A stretch of DNA of 64,000 nucleotides from a virus. The position numbers and the translations under genes were made by a program. The notes below the pieces were generated by a model. It made no database searches. It was not told where the DNA came from and worked only from the letters and a program-made list of their open reading frames with translations. The stretch covers positions 12,966 to 76,965 of IMG/VR virus record IMGVR_UViG_3300042502_001710. One strand, 5' to 3'. Position 1 is the stretch's first letter, and every line of letters begins with the position of its first letter. Shown in pieces: positions 11,238 through 21,393 of the stretch.

Positions 11238-11269
11238 AAGGGGTGGCTTTTGGCCACCCCTTTTTATTT
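11238..11269. terminator. Bidirectional rho-independent terminator
   Basis: AAGGGGTGGC-TTTTG-GCCACCCCTT then a T-run, between convergent genes. Confidence 0.85.
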
Positions 11270-11286
11270 AGACGCCAACCAGCGTC

Positions 11287-11619
11287 TTATTCGTTTTGTT
11301 CAGTCTTGGGATTCCACTTTACCCAACCTGCATCGGGAAGCCAGTTTTCCCCTTCCTTGCGCTTTGGAAACAATCCTCCACCCTTCTTGTGAGATCCAAA
11401 GGATAGTCGAGAGGCACACTTGTGGCAACGCTTCTCGTAATAAAGATTGTCGTCAACATTTCTCACCACGTAACGAACATCTGTAGAATGACATTTTCCA
11501 CATCCAGCTTCTTCAAACACTTCTTGGAATCTGGACAATTGCTCGAATAGCTCTCTTTGAGATTCTCCTTCGAGTTCCACGTTTAGTCTACCATCACCAG
11601 TTTGATATCTTACCTTCAT
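11287..11619 (-). CDS. Zinc-ribbon protein
   Basis: CGKC...CHKC. Confidence 0.65.
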   Translation of the reverse strand: MKVRYQTGDGRLNVELEGESQRELFEQLSRFQEVFEEAGCGKCHSTDVRYVVRNVDDNLYYEKRCHKCASRLSFGSHKKGGGLFPKRKEGENWLPDAGWVKWNPKTEQNE

Positions 11620-12383
11620 CAGTTCCTCCAGTCGGATTCATAAGCAGTTATAGAGCTTGGAATTGAATCCTTGTTTTGTTGAAATTCATTAAGCTTGTTG
11701 ATTGCAGTGCTTGCCTGCCCCTTGTTTACACTACGTTTTACGTTGAGATCAAAAACCTCCTTAAAGAATTTAATAACGTTTAAATCCAATTGCTTGCACT
11801 TGACATCAACAAAGTTCGCCTGTGAATCAGTCATTCTTTGTGAGTTGTCGTACTCGCCTTCAGTTGTGACGCTTTTAGTTTGACTAATACTACGAGTGAT
11901 ACCAGCGGTATTCTTCTTTGTCATTTCTTCTGCCGCTACAATCTTTAGCCTGAGGGCTTTTCTCAAAGCTCTGCCTTCCGCTCGTGTAGCTGCTGTAGCC
12001 GTGTTGAAGACGCAGAAGGCATCGTCCGTGTTTCCTTCCCAGCAATCGGCCACATCGCTAAACAAAGAGCCATCAATAAACACGACCTCCCAAACCACAG
12101 TTGCTCTTCCGATTTGATCGCCAGAAGCAGGAGGAAAAACTTGAGTTGGTCTGCTGCTGACGATTCTTCCGAGCAACAGCTCTGCAACCCTTCTCAATCC
12201 AGAGCACAAAGGTCTTCCTTCATACAATTCTGTTGGATCGAAAAGCTTCATAACATAATCACTCCACTGTGGATCTGTCATTTCTGGTCCATCCATCATA
12301 AACCTGTCCTTTACGCTAGTGTCAACATTCTGTGGTGTTTGTAAAAAAACGTCCTCAAATAAATCTTTTTCTTTGTCCAACAT
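11619..12383 (-). CDS. Putative Rad52/Sak-like single-strand annealing protein
   Basis: Helix-beta-beta-beta-helix pattern ending 'ATAATRAEGRALRKAL'; C-terminal 'MTDSQANF...GQASTAINKL' tail typical of phage annealing proteins. Confidence 0.5.
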   Translation of the reverse strand: MLDKEKDLFEDVFLQTPQNVDTSVKDRFMMDGPEMTDPQWSDYVMKLFDPTELYEGRPLCSGLRRVAELLLGRIVSSRPTQVFPPASGDQIGRATVVWEVVFIDGSLFSDVADCWEGNTDDAFCVFNTATAATRAEGRALRKALRLKIVAAEEMTKKNTAGITRSISQTKSVTTEGEYDNSQRMTDSQANFVDVKCKQLDLNVIKFFKEVFDLNVKRSVNKGQASTAINKLNEFQQNKDSIPSSITAYESDWRN

Positions 12384-13147
12384 TATTCAACCTCAATAAA
12401 ACGTTTAGATCTTGGCGGAAACTGATCCTTGATTTTTAAAACCTCTTCGAGAAGAGACTTCAATATTTCTTGTCGTTTGGCCAAAGATTCCTGTCCCAGT
12501 GATTTTACTCGTATCACTACATATCCTTTGCTCAACAGTGCTCCGCTCTTTCGAAGGTCAGCATTCACTTGCTTTTGAAGCTTTTCTTCGCCCCAGATTG
12601 GCAAAAAGTGGCTCGGCCCATCCACCTCTATGATAGTCTTCAATTCCTGAATATACAAATCAATTTCCAAGTTTTCAGCGGGAATAATCATTTGGTGCAA
12701 TTTAATTGAAAAACCCGCCATCATCAATCTTTCAGCAATGAACTTCTCAAGCTTAGAGCCTTCTGTGGCTGCATTTCTGATTGCTGCAATACCTTTGGAT
12801 CGCATATTTTCCTTGGCTTCATCAGACATGTTTTTCCAATTGTCTTTTGCTTGATTGATTCTCTTTTCCCTTTGGTTTTCACTCATTTCTTCCCAATAAT
12901 TAACAAGACTTTTACTGATCGCTATTTTCTCGGCTTCAGTTCTTTTCTTGCCTTCTGTTGGATGAGCACTGCGACCGTTTCCTAAAGCGGTCTTTTGAGC
13001 TTCACTTTTATCCTTTAATTGATATCCGTGACGAATCAGGGTTCTTCTTATTTTATTTGGATATGTGTTAAGCTGTACGGCTATTTCATAAGTACTTTGA
13101 TTTGCATTGTTGTACAAATCTATAATTTTTTGATCAAGATCATTCAT
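12383..13147 (-). CDS. HTH/NUMOD3-like plus Vsr/DUF559-type endonuclease (possible homing endonuclease)
   Basis: N-terminal HTH; 'GKKRTEAEKIAISKS'; C-terminal 'EIDLYI...IEVDGPSH...GYVVIRV'. Confidence 0.65.
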   Translation of the reverse strand: MNDLDQKIIDLYNNANQSTYEIAVQLNTYPNKIRRTLIRHGYQLKDKSEAQKTALGNGRSAHPTEGKKRTEAEKIAISKSLVNYWEEMSENQREKRINQAKDNWKNMSDEAKENMRSKGIAAIRNAATEGSKLEKFIAERLMMAGFSIKLHQMIIPAENLEIDLYIQELKTIIEVDGPSHFLPIWGEEKLQKQVNADLRKSGALLSKGYVVIRVKSLGQESLAKRQEILKSLLEEVLKIKDQFPPRSKRFIEVE

Positions 13148-13586
13148 TGAAAACCTCGCTCAGTGTAGGCACTGACCATTCTTGCATCAAGATTGGTTTT
13201 ACTCCTGTTAGTCTATAAAAAGTGTTTTGATCAACCTCGTTGTCCACCAAAACTTTATAAGATTTTGATATACTAACAAAGTCGAAGATATTGTTTTCAA
13301 CAGGATCGCTTGAGCTAAAAAGATATGCGACCTTGATAGCGTTGACGATAGAAACCGCTTTTCTTAAATTCTCTACAGACGTGCAGATCAAATTACCCTT
13401 GAAGCTCCAGATATCTGCTCCATCAAACATACCAAACTTTGGATTCACTGGATTGAAGCCAACGTCATTGAAGAAAACGCTTGCGTCTCGTAAAGCATGA
13501 TCACCAATAGCTTCATTTAGAAACTTATAGATCTTGGTGTTTTGTGGAGTTCCGCAATTGTTCTGAATAAAAAAGCCTAAGTTCAT
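13140..13586 (-). CDS. Hypothetical protein, possibly a degenerate GT-B half domain
   Basis: Likely start MNLGFF at 13586, coupled to the fcl stop; Rossmann-like start. Confidence 0.5.
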   Translation of the reverse strand: MNLGFFIQNNCGTPQNTKIYKFLNEAIGDHALRDASVFFNDVGFNPVNPKFGMFDGADIWSFKGNLICTSVENLRKAVSIVNAIKVAYLFSSSDPVENNIFDFVSISKSYKVLVDNEVDQNTFYRLTGVKPILMQEWSVPTLSEVFNE

Positions 13587-14512
13587 CTTTGTTCTCCCAA
13601 GAACCATTGAATGGTTTGTTTTAATCCGGTTTGAAAATCAGTTTTAGCTTTAAAGCCCAATAGCTTTTCAGCACGGGTCGTATCTAAGCATCTTCTTGGT
13701 TGACCATCGGGTTTCGTAGAATCAAAAATGATCGAACCATTAAAATTCATTTGAAGGGCAATTTCTTCGGCAAGGTCCAAGATCCTTATTTCTTTTCCAG
13801 TTCCAATATTTATTGGTTCTGGTCCGACATCGCTTTCGATAGCCAGCTTGATAGCTTCAGCACAATCTGGAGCATATAAAAATTCTCTTGACGCTTTGCC
13901 ACTTCCCCATACGGTGACATCATGATTGTTTTTTATTGCCTCGTGAAATTTGAGTATCAGGGCTGGAATGACATGAGCACTTGTTAGATTAAAATGGTCG
14001 TGCGGCCCGTACATGTTCACAGGCACAAGGTTCACAACGTCCATATTGTATTGCTGATGGTAAGTTTCGCCAAGCTTCATGAGTGTCTTTTTGGCGATTC
14101 CGTAGGGAGCATTTGTTTCTTCAGGATATCCATTCCACAGTTCTGATTCTTGAAAAGGAACAGGGGTGTATTTTGGGTATGCACAAACCGTTCCAAGCAT
14201 AACGAACTTTAATGGAGTATGCAACGCTTGGTAAACCCTAGCTTGTTCGAGCATGTTCATGCCCATAGCTAGATTATCATACATGAACTTTCCGGGGTTC
14301 TGCTGATTCGCCAGAATGCCTCCTACGCTTCCGGCAGCGTGAATGATGACATTTGGCGCATAATACTCTATAGCTCTTCTGCAAGCCTCTCCGCAACGCA
14401 GATCGTACATTTTGCTAGACAGTGCCACAACATCGTAATGTTTATCGTTTTGAAAATATCTTTGCAGATTTTTTCCTAAGAATCCAGTACCACCAGTCAA
14501 TAAAACTTTCAT
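13583..14512 (-). CDS. fcl: GDP-L-fucose synthase family (GDP-4-keto-6-deoxymannose epimerase/reductase)
   Basis: TGGTGFLG, AAGSVGGILAN, GTVCAYPK, YGIAK, HVIPALILKF, KPDGQPRRCLD. Confidence 0.9.
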   Translation of the reverse strand: MKVLLTGGTGFLGKNLQRYFQNDKHYDVVALSSKMYDLRCGEACRRAIEYYAPNVIIHAAGSVGGILANQQNPGKFMYDNLAMGMNMLEQARVYQALHTPLKFVMLGTVCAYPKYTPVPFQESELWNGYPEETNAPYGIAKKTLMKLGETYHQQYNMDVVNLVPVNMYGPHDHFNLTSAHVIPALILKFHEAIKNNHDVTVWGSGKASREFLYAPDCAEAIKLAIESDVGPEPINIGTGKEIRILDLAEEIALQMNFNGSIIFDSTKPDGQPRRCLDTTRAEKLLGFKAKTDFQTGLKQTIQWFLGEQR

Positions 14513-15336
14513 TTAGAGTTCTCCATTATATCTAATATCTGCTTTGCTCTATTTTTATACGTATGATTTTTGCTTGCTAGATCATATCCAGCATTTGCTA
14601 TGCTCTTCAGAAGATCTTCATTCTTTATCAAGATTTTAGCCTTTTCAATCATTTCGTGCATATTGTTATAAATGACGCAATTAACACAGTCTTTAAAACC
14701 CAACTGTTCGTAACCTGAATGTTGAGATGTCAACAAAGCTGTTTTACACCCCATAGTTTCAAAGTTTCTATAATTTATGTCGAAACTAATATTTGCATTC
14801 CAGTGAACTTTGTATGAGTTTATAGCACTTACCATAGCATCGCCAATAACAAACTCATCAAAACGAAAATCTTTGAAATTAGCCTTCATGATATCTATTT
14901 TACTTTGTCTGTTCGCTACATTTCCGCAAAAACCTATTTCATGTTTTTTTTCAACACTCAAAGGTTTAATGATTGTATCGTCATAACAATTTGGAAGCCA
15001 TACTCCAAGGTTTGGAGATGCGTGAAGCACCATGTCAAAGTTGTTTCTGTCTGCCAATGCTTCGTATACTTCAGGACTTTTACAGTGAGCATCGATTGCC
15101 CATATGAATTTTTTAGCTTTAACACTGCTTAAATCTGGCATCCAGTCCCAGTTTTCAATAGAGAAGATAAGGTCATAAGACTCCCAATCTGGCTCCGTAT
15201 CATAGTTATCGTGGCCCTTACCCCAAACATCCGAATCGACTCCGTTAGACTTAAAGCCACGCTGTAAACAAAAGCACTCCCGATAGTTACGGTTCTCGTC
15301 ATGATGACCGTTCTCTTGGATTATTAAAACTCTCAT
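14509..15336 (-). CDS. GT-B glycosyltransferase (CgeB/Glyco_trans_1_2-like)
   Basis: IGFCG, 'INYRNFETMGC', 'IANAGY...HTYKNR'; likely start MRVLIIQ. Confidence 0.75.
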   Translation of the reverse strand: MRVLIIQENGHHDENRNYRECFCLQRGFKSNGVDSDVWGKGHDNYDTEPDWESYDLIFSIENWDWMPDLSSVKAKKFIWAIDAHCKSPEVYEALADRNNFDMVLHASPNLGVWLPNCYDDTIIKPLSVEKKHEIGFCGNVANRQSKIDIMKANFKDFRFDEFVIGDAMVSAINSYKVHWNANISFDINYRNFETMGCKTALLTSQHSGYEQLGFKDCVNCVIYNNMHEMIEKAKILIKNEDLLKSIANAGYDLASKNHTYKNRAKQILDIMENSK

Positions 15337-15884
15337 GACCCCTCTTCGTTTTTTAAAACTAGTAGCCCACAATTGTTTGAAAACCGTTCTAGCTCTACCC
15401 ATTGAGGATTCTTATCTACGAATTCATTGATTGCTATATTAATTTCTGGAAACAAGACGACATCGTGGAAGATGATAAATTTATCTACTTTGTTCCCCCA
15501 ATGATTTAATTCCGCCGCTACCATTTCAGATGTATGAATAGTATCTACAAACAACAAGTCGAAACTGTCGCATTCAATTTCGGCAGTTCTAGAATCCCCC
15601 TGAATAAACTTATAATCAATTCCTTGATCGTTCGCCTCTTTTAGGATATTCTCAAAATTTAAATTAGCTTGATTTTCCCACTTGTCCGAGTCTGGTCTCT
15701 CTATATCAATGCTCCATAATCTATCTGGCTTTGCGGCTAGAAAAGCGTATGTTGACACCATCCACCTCGTACCTAACTCTACAATAGAATTAGACATCTC
15801 TCCATACTTATAGAGCGTTGGTAGATGCTCATTGATGTCAGAACTTATTTCTTTAATTTCATTGAAAGTTCTTAAAAAATTCAT
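15333..15884 (-). CDS. Class I SAM-dependent methyltransferase (Methyltransf_24-like)
   Basis: IVELGT, QGDS, DLLFVDTIH, IIFHD. Confidence 0.75.
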   Translation of the reverse strand: MNFLRTFNEIKEISSDINEHLPTLYKYGEMSNSIVELGTRWMVSTYAFLAAKPDRLWSIDIERPDSDKWENQANLNFENILKEANDQGIDYKFIQGDSRTAEIECDSFDLLFVDTIHTSEMVAAELNHWGNKVDKFIIFHDVVLFPEINIAINEFVDKNPQWVELERFSNNCGLLVLKNEEGS

Positions 15885-15886
15885 TA

Positions 15887-16585
15887 TTACTTATTCCCTA
15901 TATCTAAAGACATTTGATGACACTTATAAATAAGTGCGTGGTTTATGGTGTGACAAAAATAATAGTGATAGCAGTTGGGGTCAAATTCTCTCTCAATGTC
16001 TGATTCTGATCTGCAATCCTTGCGGATCGCGTTCTTGTCTAGCTCAATACCTCTGACATTTATCAAGTGCTGTCCAATTGAAACATCGTCCATCAGCACG
16101 TTTCCGTTATACTCTAGCTTACTCTGGTCTTCTACCAGAATCTCAACTACATCTCTGCTCATCAAGATGCACGATCCGCTTGCGTACCATATATTCGCAT
16201 GGTATCCGTTTATCCCTCCGTAATATGCGTGTCGAGGCTTGTCCTCAAGGAACTCACTCAAGAGTTTCAAGTTGATGTAGCTTCCGCAGTTTGGCCGAAA
16301 CAGATAATCAAACTCAAAATTATTGAGTAGACACTCCATTCCCTTGATCGTTTTCTTTAGGAGGTTGTCTCGGGCGTCTGGGGTGTTGACGAAAATAGTC
16401 GAGTCTTCTCGCCTCAAGTGGTAGGAGTCAGGTGCCTCATTTTGTATGTTCATTCTCTTAGAATGTCCATATACACCAAAGACGCTATCATCTGCCCAAG
16501 TATCCCTGCACGCTGTTGCCATATCTGAGTAACTTCTAATACCTTCCTGATTGTCTGACACCAGCATTAAGCCTAAAATTTTCAA
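15887..16585 (-). CDS. GT-A glycosyltransferase (GT31/galactosyltransferase-like)
   Basis: 'LLKKT', 'FDYLFRPN..SYINL', 'YASGSCILMSRD', 'DDVSIG'; TTG start. Confidence 0.65.
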   Translation of the reverse strand: MKILGLMLVSDNQEGIRSYSDMATACRDTWADDSVFGVYGHSKRMNIQNEAPDSYHLRREDSTIFVNTPDARDNLLKKTIKGMECLLNNFEFDYLFRPNCGSYINLKLLSEFLEDKPRHAYYGGINGYHANIWYASGSCILMSRDVVEILVEDQSKLEYNGNVLMDDVSIGQHLINVRGIELDKNAIRKDCRSESDIEREFDPNCYHYYFCHTINHALIYKCHQMSLDIGNK

Positions 16586-16617
16586 AATTAAGGACTCCCA
16601 TGTTAATTGTGATTGGT

Positions 16618-17130
16618 CTACAAGGTTTTTTCTAAAAATGCAGATACCAATTTTGCATCAGCAGCATCTCTAAAAAACGCACTAGTCCAAGGATTAAGGG
16701 TTTTATAATCTAGCCTAGTCCATGATTTGGGCATATCTATATTCTCCCAACCGTATTCGGGCGTTTCCGTGTCGTGAGTTACGACCGCCCTCTTTGCAAG
16801 CTGAAAAGACTGGTTGATACATTGAGGTCTACTCTGTCCGTGTCCGTCCACAAAGATGAGATCGAAGTCTCTACCTAAGCTTTTAAGGCGATCAATAGCG
16901 AAATGTGGCCCAATTAGACATTCAAGTGTAAAGTGCTTGTTCTCTCTCTCTAAACTTTTCACTTTTTCATACCACTCCTCACTCTGCATTTCAATGCTAA
17001 AAACTTCTTTGCACTTTTCTAAGAAGTTTGGTGTACTTCCAAATCCACACCCAAATTCAAAAACACTATTAATATTTAGTGCCCCAATGATAGCATTTAT
17101 CAATGGCTTGTGAGTTTCATATACGTTCAT
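16618..17130 (-). CDS. Class I SAM-dependent methyltransferase
   Basis: VFEFGCGFGST, DLIFVDG, VTHD. Confidence 0.7.
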   Translation of the reverse strand: MNVYETHKPLINAIIGALNINSVFEFGCGFGSTPNFLEKCKEVFSIEMQSEEWYEKVKSLERENKHFTLECLIGPHFAIDRLKSLGRDFDLIFVDGHGQSRPQCINQSFQLAKRAVVTHDTETPEYGWENIDMPKSWTRLDYKTLNPWTSAFFRDAADAKLVSAFLEKTL

Positions 17131-17920
17131 CTGTTTCTCCTAAGTATTTTGTGACTGGCTTGTACCAGCTTTCTATAAATGGTCTAGGTCCATGTATCTC
17201 AAAGTAATCATCTAGATTTATGTCTTCTAAAGATGAATGTTTTGCCCTACAGATCCGCCCGTAAACTGTATAACCTCCATCTGGATGTTGCTTAAACTTA
17301 CCTCCACCAACAAGTCCTCTAGCTATTAGCACTGATGACTGAGGGTTTTTATCTAGGAGCATCTTTACGAGGCTTTCGTCGCAGAAGTAACCAGATTGTC
17401 TAGGTTGAGATCTTGGGTCGGAAAACTCTGTCTCACACCATTCTTCTATAAGTTCCTCGTAAGATAGATCTTTTGGGTTCACGAATCTATTAAAGACTTT
17501 GCCAGACGACGCCGTTCCGTGCATGGGCCACTTTCCGATGTCTGGGGCATTCTGAAATGCTGGGTGATCATAACCAAACTTACATAAATAGGTATCAAGA
17601 ACGTCATCATACACCCTCAATTGCGTATCATTCAGGGGTATCATGTCTATATCTGCTATCATTATGATCTTAGAGTTATTCTCTGGGGCGGCAGCGTCTG
17701 CAATTCTAGAGAGCTGTGCCTGCGATGAGCTTCTTACTCCATCGATAGGCTTTCTATTAATTACTGTAACTCCTCCCCCCGGAAATGAGAACTGTTCATC
17801 GCCTATCACGTTTAGCCTGACGTTCACTCCGAGACTTGTCCAAGCGTTGCAGATCGGCTTAACGAAAGATGTGTAGTCATGTGAATCGTTAACAGATGTT
17901 ATAATTGTATCAATCTTCAT
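17117..17920 (-). CDS. Putative GT-A glycosyltransferase
   Basis: DxD motif 'ADIDMIPL'; late 'CDE' and 'EIHGPRP'. Confidence 0.5.
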   Translation of the reverse strand: MKIDTIITSVNDSHDYTSFVKPICNAWTSLGVNVRLNVIGDEQFSFPGGGVTVINRKPIDGVRSSSQAQLSRIADAAAPENNSKIIMIADIDMIPLNDTQLRVYDDVLDTYLCKFGYDHPAFQNAPDIGKWPMHGTASSGKVFNRFVNPKDLSYEELIEEWCETEFSDPRSQPRQSGYFCDESLVKMLLDKNPQSSVLIARGLVGGGKFKQHPDGGYTVYGRICRAKHSSLEDINLDDYFEIHGPRPFIESWYKPVTKYLGETDERI

Positions 17921-17928
17921 TAGTGCTC

Positions 17929-18564
17929 CTAAAAAACTGGTATGTCACACTCGTCGTACACCTGCCCAACAAAATACGATCCGGTTCGCTTGGTGGCATT
18001 AGCTGGAAATGGCTTTAATTCGAAGAATTCATCATGCACAATCGATTCATCCTTCACAAGAGGATAAACGACTTCACGCAAGAAGTTTTGATCAACCTGA
18101 TATTGATTGTCAAACGACCCCTTGTTGTAATCTTGGATCGCTTCTTCTACACCTCTTAGAATCCCATTTCTGCAACCCCAAGTTCCTCCTAGTATTTCAG
18201 TGTTATGATAAGGATGATCACGCATTATATGAAAATCTTTGTCGCTAGAAAGCCATTCATCCACAGCGACTCGTTCTCTGAGGTTTAGTCTAGAGTCAGT
18301 GTCTCTGCAAATGACGATATCGTAGCTGTCAGCAGCAAAGAATCTCCAAAACATTCCATTCCAACCCGTGTCACCCATCTCCATTATTTCAACATTTAAA
18401 TCATCAAGCTGATTTCTTATCTGTTGAGGAACATCATTTCCAATATAAAATCTACAAATCCATTCTGGATATATAATCTGAGCCAGCAAAGCATTTTTGA
18501 TTGCTCCGACTGTATACTTTGGATTATCGCCCCACAAGCTAAAGGATATGATTTTTTTAGTCAT
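17929..18564 (-). CDS. Putative GT-A glycosyltransferase
   Basis: 'KIISFSLWG..PKY..GA..N', 'MFWRF', 'RDTDSRL', 'MRDHPYH', 'DQNFL'. Confidence 0.65.
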   Translation of the reverse strand: MTKKIISFSLWGDNPKYTVGAIKNALLAQIIYPEWICRFYIGNDVPQQIRNQLDDLNVEIMEMGDTGWNGMFWRFFAADSYDIVICRDTDSRLNLRERVAVDEWLSSDKDFHIMRDHPYHNTEILGGTWGCRNGILRGVEEAIQDYNKGSFDNQYQVDQNFLREVVYPLVKDESIVHDEFFELKPFPANATKRTGSYFVGQVYDECDIPVF

Positions 18565-19267
18565 TTGTTATCCTCTCTTTTGGAAAACCAAGCTCTTTTC
18601 TCGTTCTAAAAACGGAACCGTCTCTTCCTGAATAATGAAGGGTTTTCTGAACCGCAATGTCTACTTGATTGTGGTTCTCTGTACCCTCGATGCTCCAGTG
18701 CTCGTGGCTGACGATGATCTTGTCTATATAAGCCACCTTGTTCAAGCGTACGACCTCCTGAGTAAACTCATCGTCGCAATACAAGCTCTTGTAATCTGGA
18801 TGGTAAATATACCCAAAGTGTTTGTAAAGCTCTTTTCCAAGTATAGAAAAAGTAATCAATTTACCACTGGTATTGCCGTCATTGAAATGAACGCATCCGT
18901 CTAAATTTGGGAAATTATCTTTCATCGCGTTTACGATTTCTTGATCCCAAGATTCTACTTTTGGAACCATGTCATCGCTAGCACAGACAACAATGTCAAA
19001 ATCTTGCTCATCCACATGATCGTTTATAGCACTTATTTTAGTGGTGTCATCGTCATAATTTACTTTACCACTTACGTTTTTTCTCTTGCTCAATATATAC
19101 TTTATTCTTTCGAATACATACGAGTCTGTCATACTTAAATCAGACCCATCGCAGTTTATATTAAAAAACACCTCATTGAATGAACTACAAGTTTCAACAT
19201 ACTTGTCAAGAACTTTTAGAAATTTAGAGGCTCTACCATATGTGGGAAATTGGATTAAAATTTTCAT
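18557..19267 (-). CDS. GT2-like glycosyltransferase
   Basis: 'FPTYGR', 'KISAIN', 'ASDDMVP', 'LYCDDE', 'HEH'. Confidence 0.7.
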   Translation of the reverse strand: MKILIQFPTYGRASKFLKVLDKYVETCSSFNEVFFNINCDGSDLSMTDSYVFERIKYILSKRKNVSGKVNYDDDTTKISAINDHVDEQDFDIVVCASDDMVPKVESWDQEIVNAMKDNFPNLDGCVHFNDGNTSGKLITFSILGKELYKHFGYIYHPDYKSLYCDDEFTQEVVRLNKVAYIDKIIVSHEHWSIEGTENHNQVDIAVQKTLHYSGRDGSVFRTRKELGFPKERITND

Positions 19268-20157
19268 TACACGGCCTTTAATAGATTTGGAATAGTATTC
19301 TTAACATTCATGATTTTATCCATAGCGTTTGTATCACCAAGATATTTCATGAATCTCCACGCTCTGTCAAATGGAGTGTGCTTATTTTTAATTTGATTCT
19401 TTATTTCAAGTTGAACATCTTCTGTTTGTGTTTCAGAAAACATTTCTCTTAACATTTTTTGAAAACCCGCAGGATCTGAGCTTCTGACTTCTAGTTTCTT
19501 ACAGCTTAAGTTCATATCCAAGAACAATTGTGAGCAACACAGATCATTGTCTCCGACGATAGTAAACTTTGGGTACACTTTGTACAATTGAGATAAACTC
19601 TGTACGTTCACCATCATGTCAAAATTACTATCGAGTTTGTCACCATTTATATGTAATAGGTGGAAAACCTCTTTATTGGCAATATGTTTTTCCAAATTTT
19701 CAGTAAATTTATCAGAAACGATTGCTTCAGGTACGCCAATCTCCTTGAAAGGAGAAGGATCGGCAATAAAAATATCTGCCGCTGGATAAAGCTGAATCAA
19801 TTTAAGATTGCTTTTTACCTTTACAGTAAAATCATTTGTAAAAATAAAGGGTGACTTGACCTTGCATTCTTCAAATACTTGTTCGATTGAAGTGATTTGA
19901 CTTTGAGTGGCTCCAGTAACATTCATCACAACTTCAACCTTAGACCTGTTGTTCTTCAAGTAATCCAAGATGTCGTGTGTAAATGTTCGAAAGTGAGTGA
20001 CAAACACATCTGGTTTGTTTAAATCAAACGTGTCGTACGCACTTGTTTTACTAGAATTCCAAAAAACACTTTCTATGCCGCATCTTGTGAAAGTGTTGTG
20101 CATATACATAGGTTCTGTTGACAGGAAATTGCTATAGTTATGATACAAAATTTTCAT
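19267..20157 (-). CDS. Degenerate GT-B-like protein
   Basis: 'MKILY', 'KPDVFV', C-terminal 'KHTPFDR' like CgeB-type GTs; donor-binding motif not evident. Confidence 0.45.
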   Translation of the reverse strand: MKILYHNYSNFLSTEPMYMHNTFTRCGIESVFWNSSKTSAYDTFDLNKPDVFVTHFRTFTHDILDYLKNNRSKVEVVMNVTGATQSQITSIEQVFEECKVKSPFIFTNDFTVKVKSNLKLIQLYPAADIFIADPSPFKEIGVPEAIVSDKFTENLEKHIANKEVFHLLHINGDKLDSNFDMMVNVQSLSQLYKVYPKFTIVGDNDLCCSQLFLDMNLSCKKLEVRSSDPAGFQKMLREMFSETQTEDVQLEIKNQIKNKHTPFDRAWRFMKYLGDTNAMDKIMNVKNTIPNLLKAV

Positions 20158-20899
20158 CTGTTATCCTCTTCAAGGTTTTGATATTGTCGATTTTAAAAAT
20201 TGGATCTGAAGAATTATCAGATACATACAGTTGTCTTCTGCCCTTCCAGATATTGAGGGCTTCAAACAAAAACTTATTCTTTAGTTCTGGTTTTGACACC
20301 ATGTTGTAGAATGACTTGATCAATGCATCGCCTGTCAAGTAAAGCAATTCTGTCCAAACCTTTTCTTTAACAGCCAGAGACATGGTTTCTAATCTTGAGT
20401 CATTCTCTATAACGCCTATTTCAAAGGCACTATCCTTTACCCCCGATTGAGTTAGTATAGACGATTTTCTTAAATTCAATGACCTTAAATACTCTGTGGT
20501 TAAAACTATTCCTCCTCCACACACCAACATTCGGGTGTTCGTGGTGTTGCTCATGCATAATCTCAAACCCTCGCAGCAATTAGAATGGTAGTATACTTGA
20601 TTTTCTACAATTCTTATATTTTTGTCGTTTGGGAATTTAGATTGAATAAAATGATATACTTTGTAGGTTTCAAACCCAGAGCACAAAATGATCTCAAAAT
20701 CAATAAAAACAGAACTAATTGCTTTTACTTGTTTTTCTAATAGTGTCTTATCGTCAACTTGCACCAACGAAATTGGACCGTAAGACTTCATCCTATAGCC
20801 ATAGTTTTCTGCAAGCAATATTATAGTCATCTTCTCTTCTCTGAGATTAGAATGACCATTCGACTTGGCTATTGTTGTGAATCTATTAGATTTTTTCAT
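20138..20899 (-). CDS. Sugar/choline-phosphate nucleotidyltransferase-like protein, divergent
   Basis: 'IILLAENYGYRMKSYGPISL...KTLLEKQ' vs consensus ILAAGxGxRm...PKxL; likely start MKKSN. Confidence 0.55.
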   Translation of the reverse strand: MKKSNRFTTIAKSNGHSNLREEKMTIILLAENYGYRMKSYGPISLVQVDDKTLLEKQVKAISSVFIDFEIILCSGFETYKVYHFIQSKFPNDKNIRIVENQVYYHSNCCEGLRLCMSNTTNTRMLVCGGGIVLTTEYLRSLNLRKSSILTQSGVKDSAFEIGVIENDSRLETMSLAVKEKVWTELLYLTGDALIKSFYNMVSKPELKNKFLFEALNIWKGRRQLYVSDNSSDPIFKIDNIKTLKRITDENFVS

Positions 20900-21392
20900 A
20901 TTTTTCCTGTTTGATAGATAAATTTCTAATACATTCAATCGTTGAATCGTAATCATTAAAATTCAAATAATTGTCCCGCACACTATCGTTAGACGCTAAA
21001 AAGAAATGGTCTGTCTCAAACAGATCTATTTTTCTAGAATCTTCGTTTAACATCGTATCTATTTTAGAAAATAAATCTTTATCTACGGTCATTCCAGCTT
21101 GCACTTTTACAAAGTATGTAGCTTGTGCCAATTTTTGAAAGCATTCTGTGTCTCTCAGGGTGAGATTATCATGCAAATGGAACACAGCTTCTGAAGCCAG
21201 AAATCTCTCTTGAAGGATGTTTACAAAATGAACTATCGTTTGACAATTGCTAGAATGATTTTTTGATATAACAACCTTGACCTTGTTGTTGTCATAGTTT
21301 ATCTGCTTTAATGAATCGATAGTGTTTTTTAAATTTTCAATTTCAACATCTTCATTGCAATAAACAGCTAGTCCAAATAAAGTATTTTTCAT
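20886..21392 (-). CDS. Degenerate GT2-like protein
   Basis: 'AVYCNE...LKNTIDSLKQINY' resembles a GT2 N-terminus; no DxD. Confidence 0.4.
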   Translation of the reverse strand: MKNTLFGLAVYCNEDVEIENLKNTIDSLKQINYDNNKVKVVISKNHSSNCQTIVHFVNILQERFLASEAVFHLHDNLTLRDTECFQKLAQATYFVKVQAGMTVDKDLFSKIDTMLNEDSRKIDLFETDHFFLASNDSVRDNYLNFNDYDSTIECIRNLSIKQEKYEKI

Positions 21393-21393
21393 G

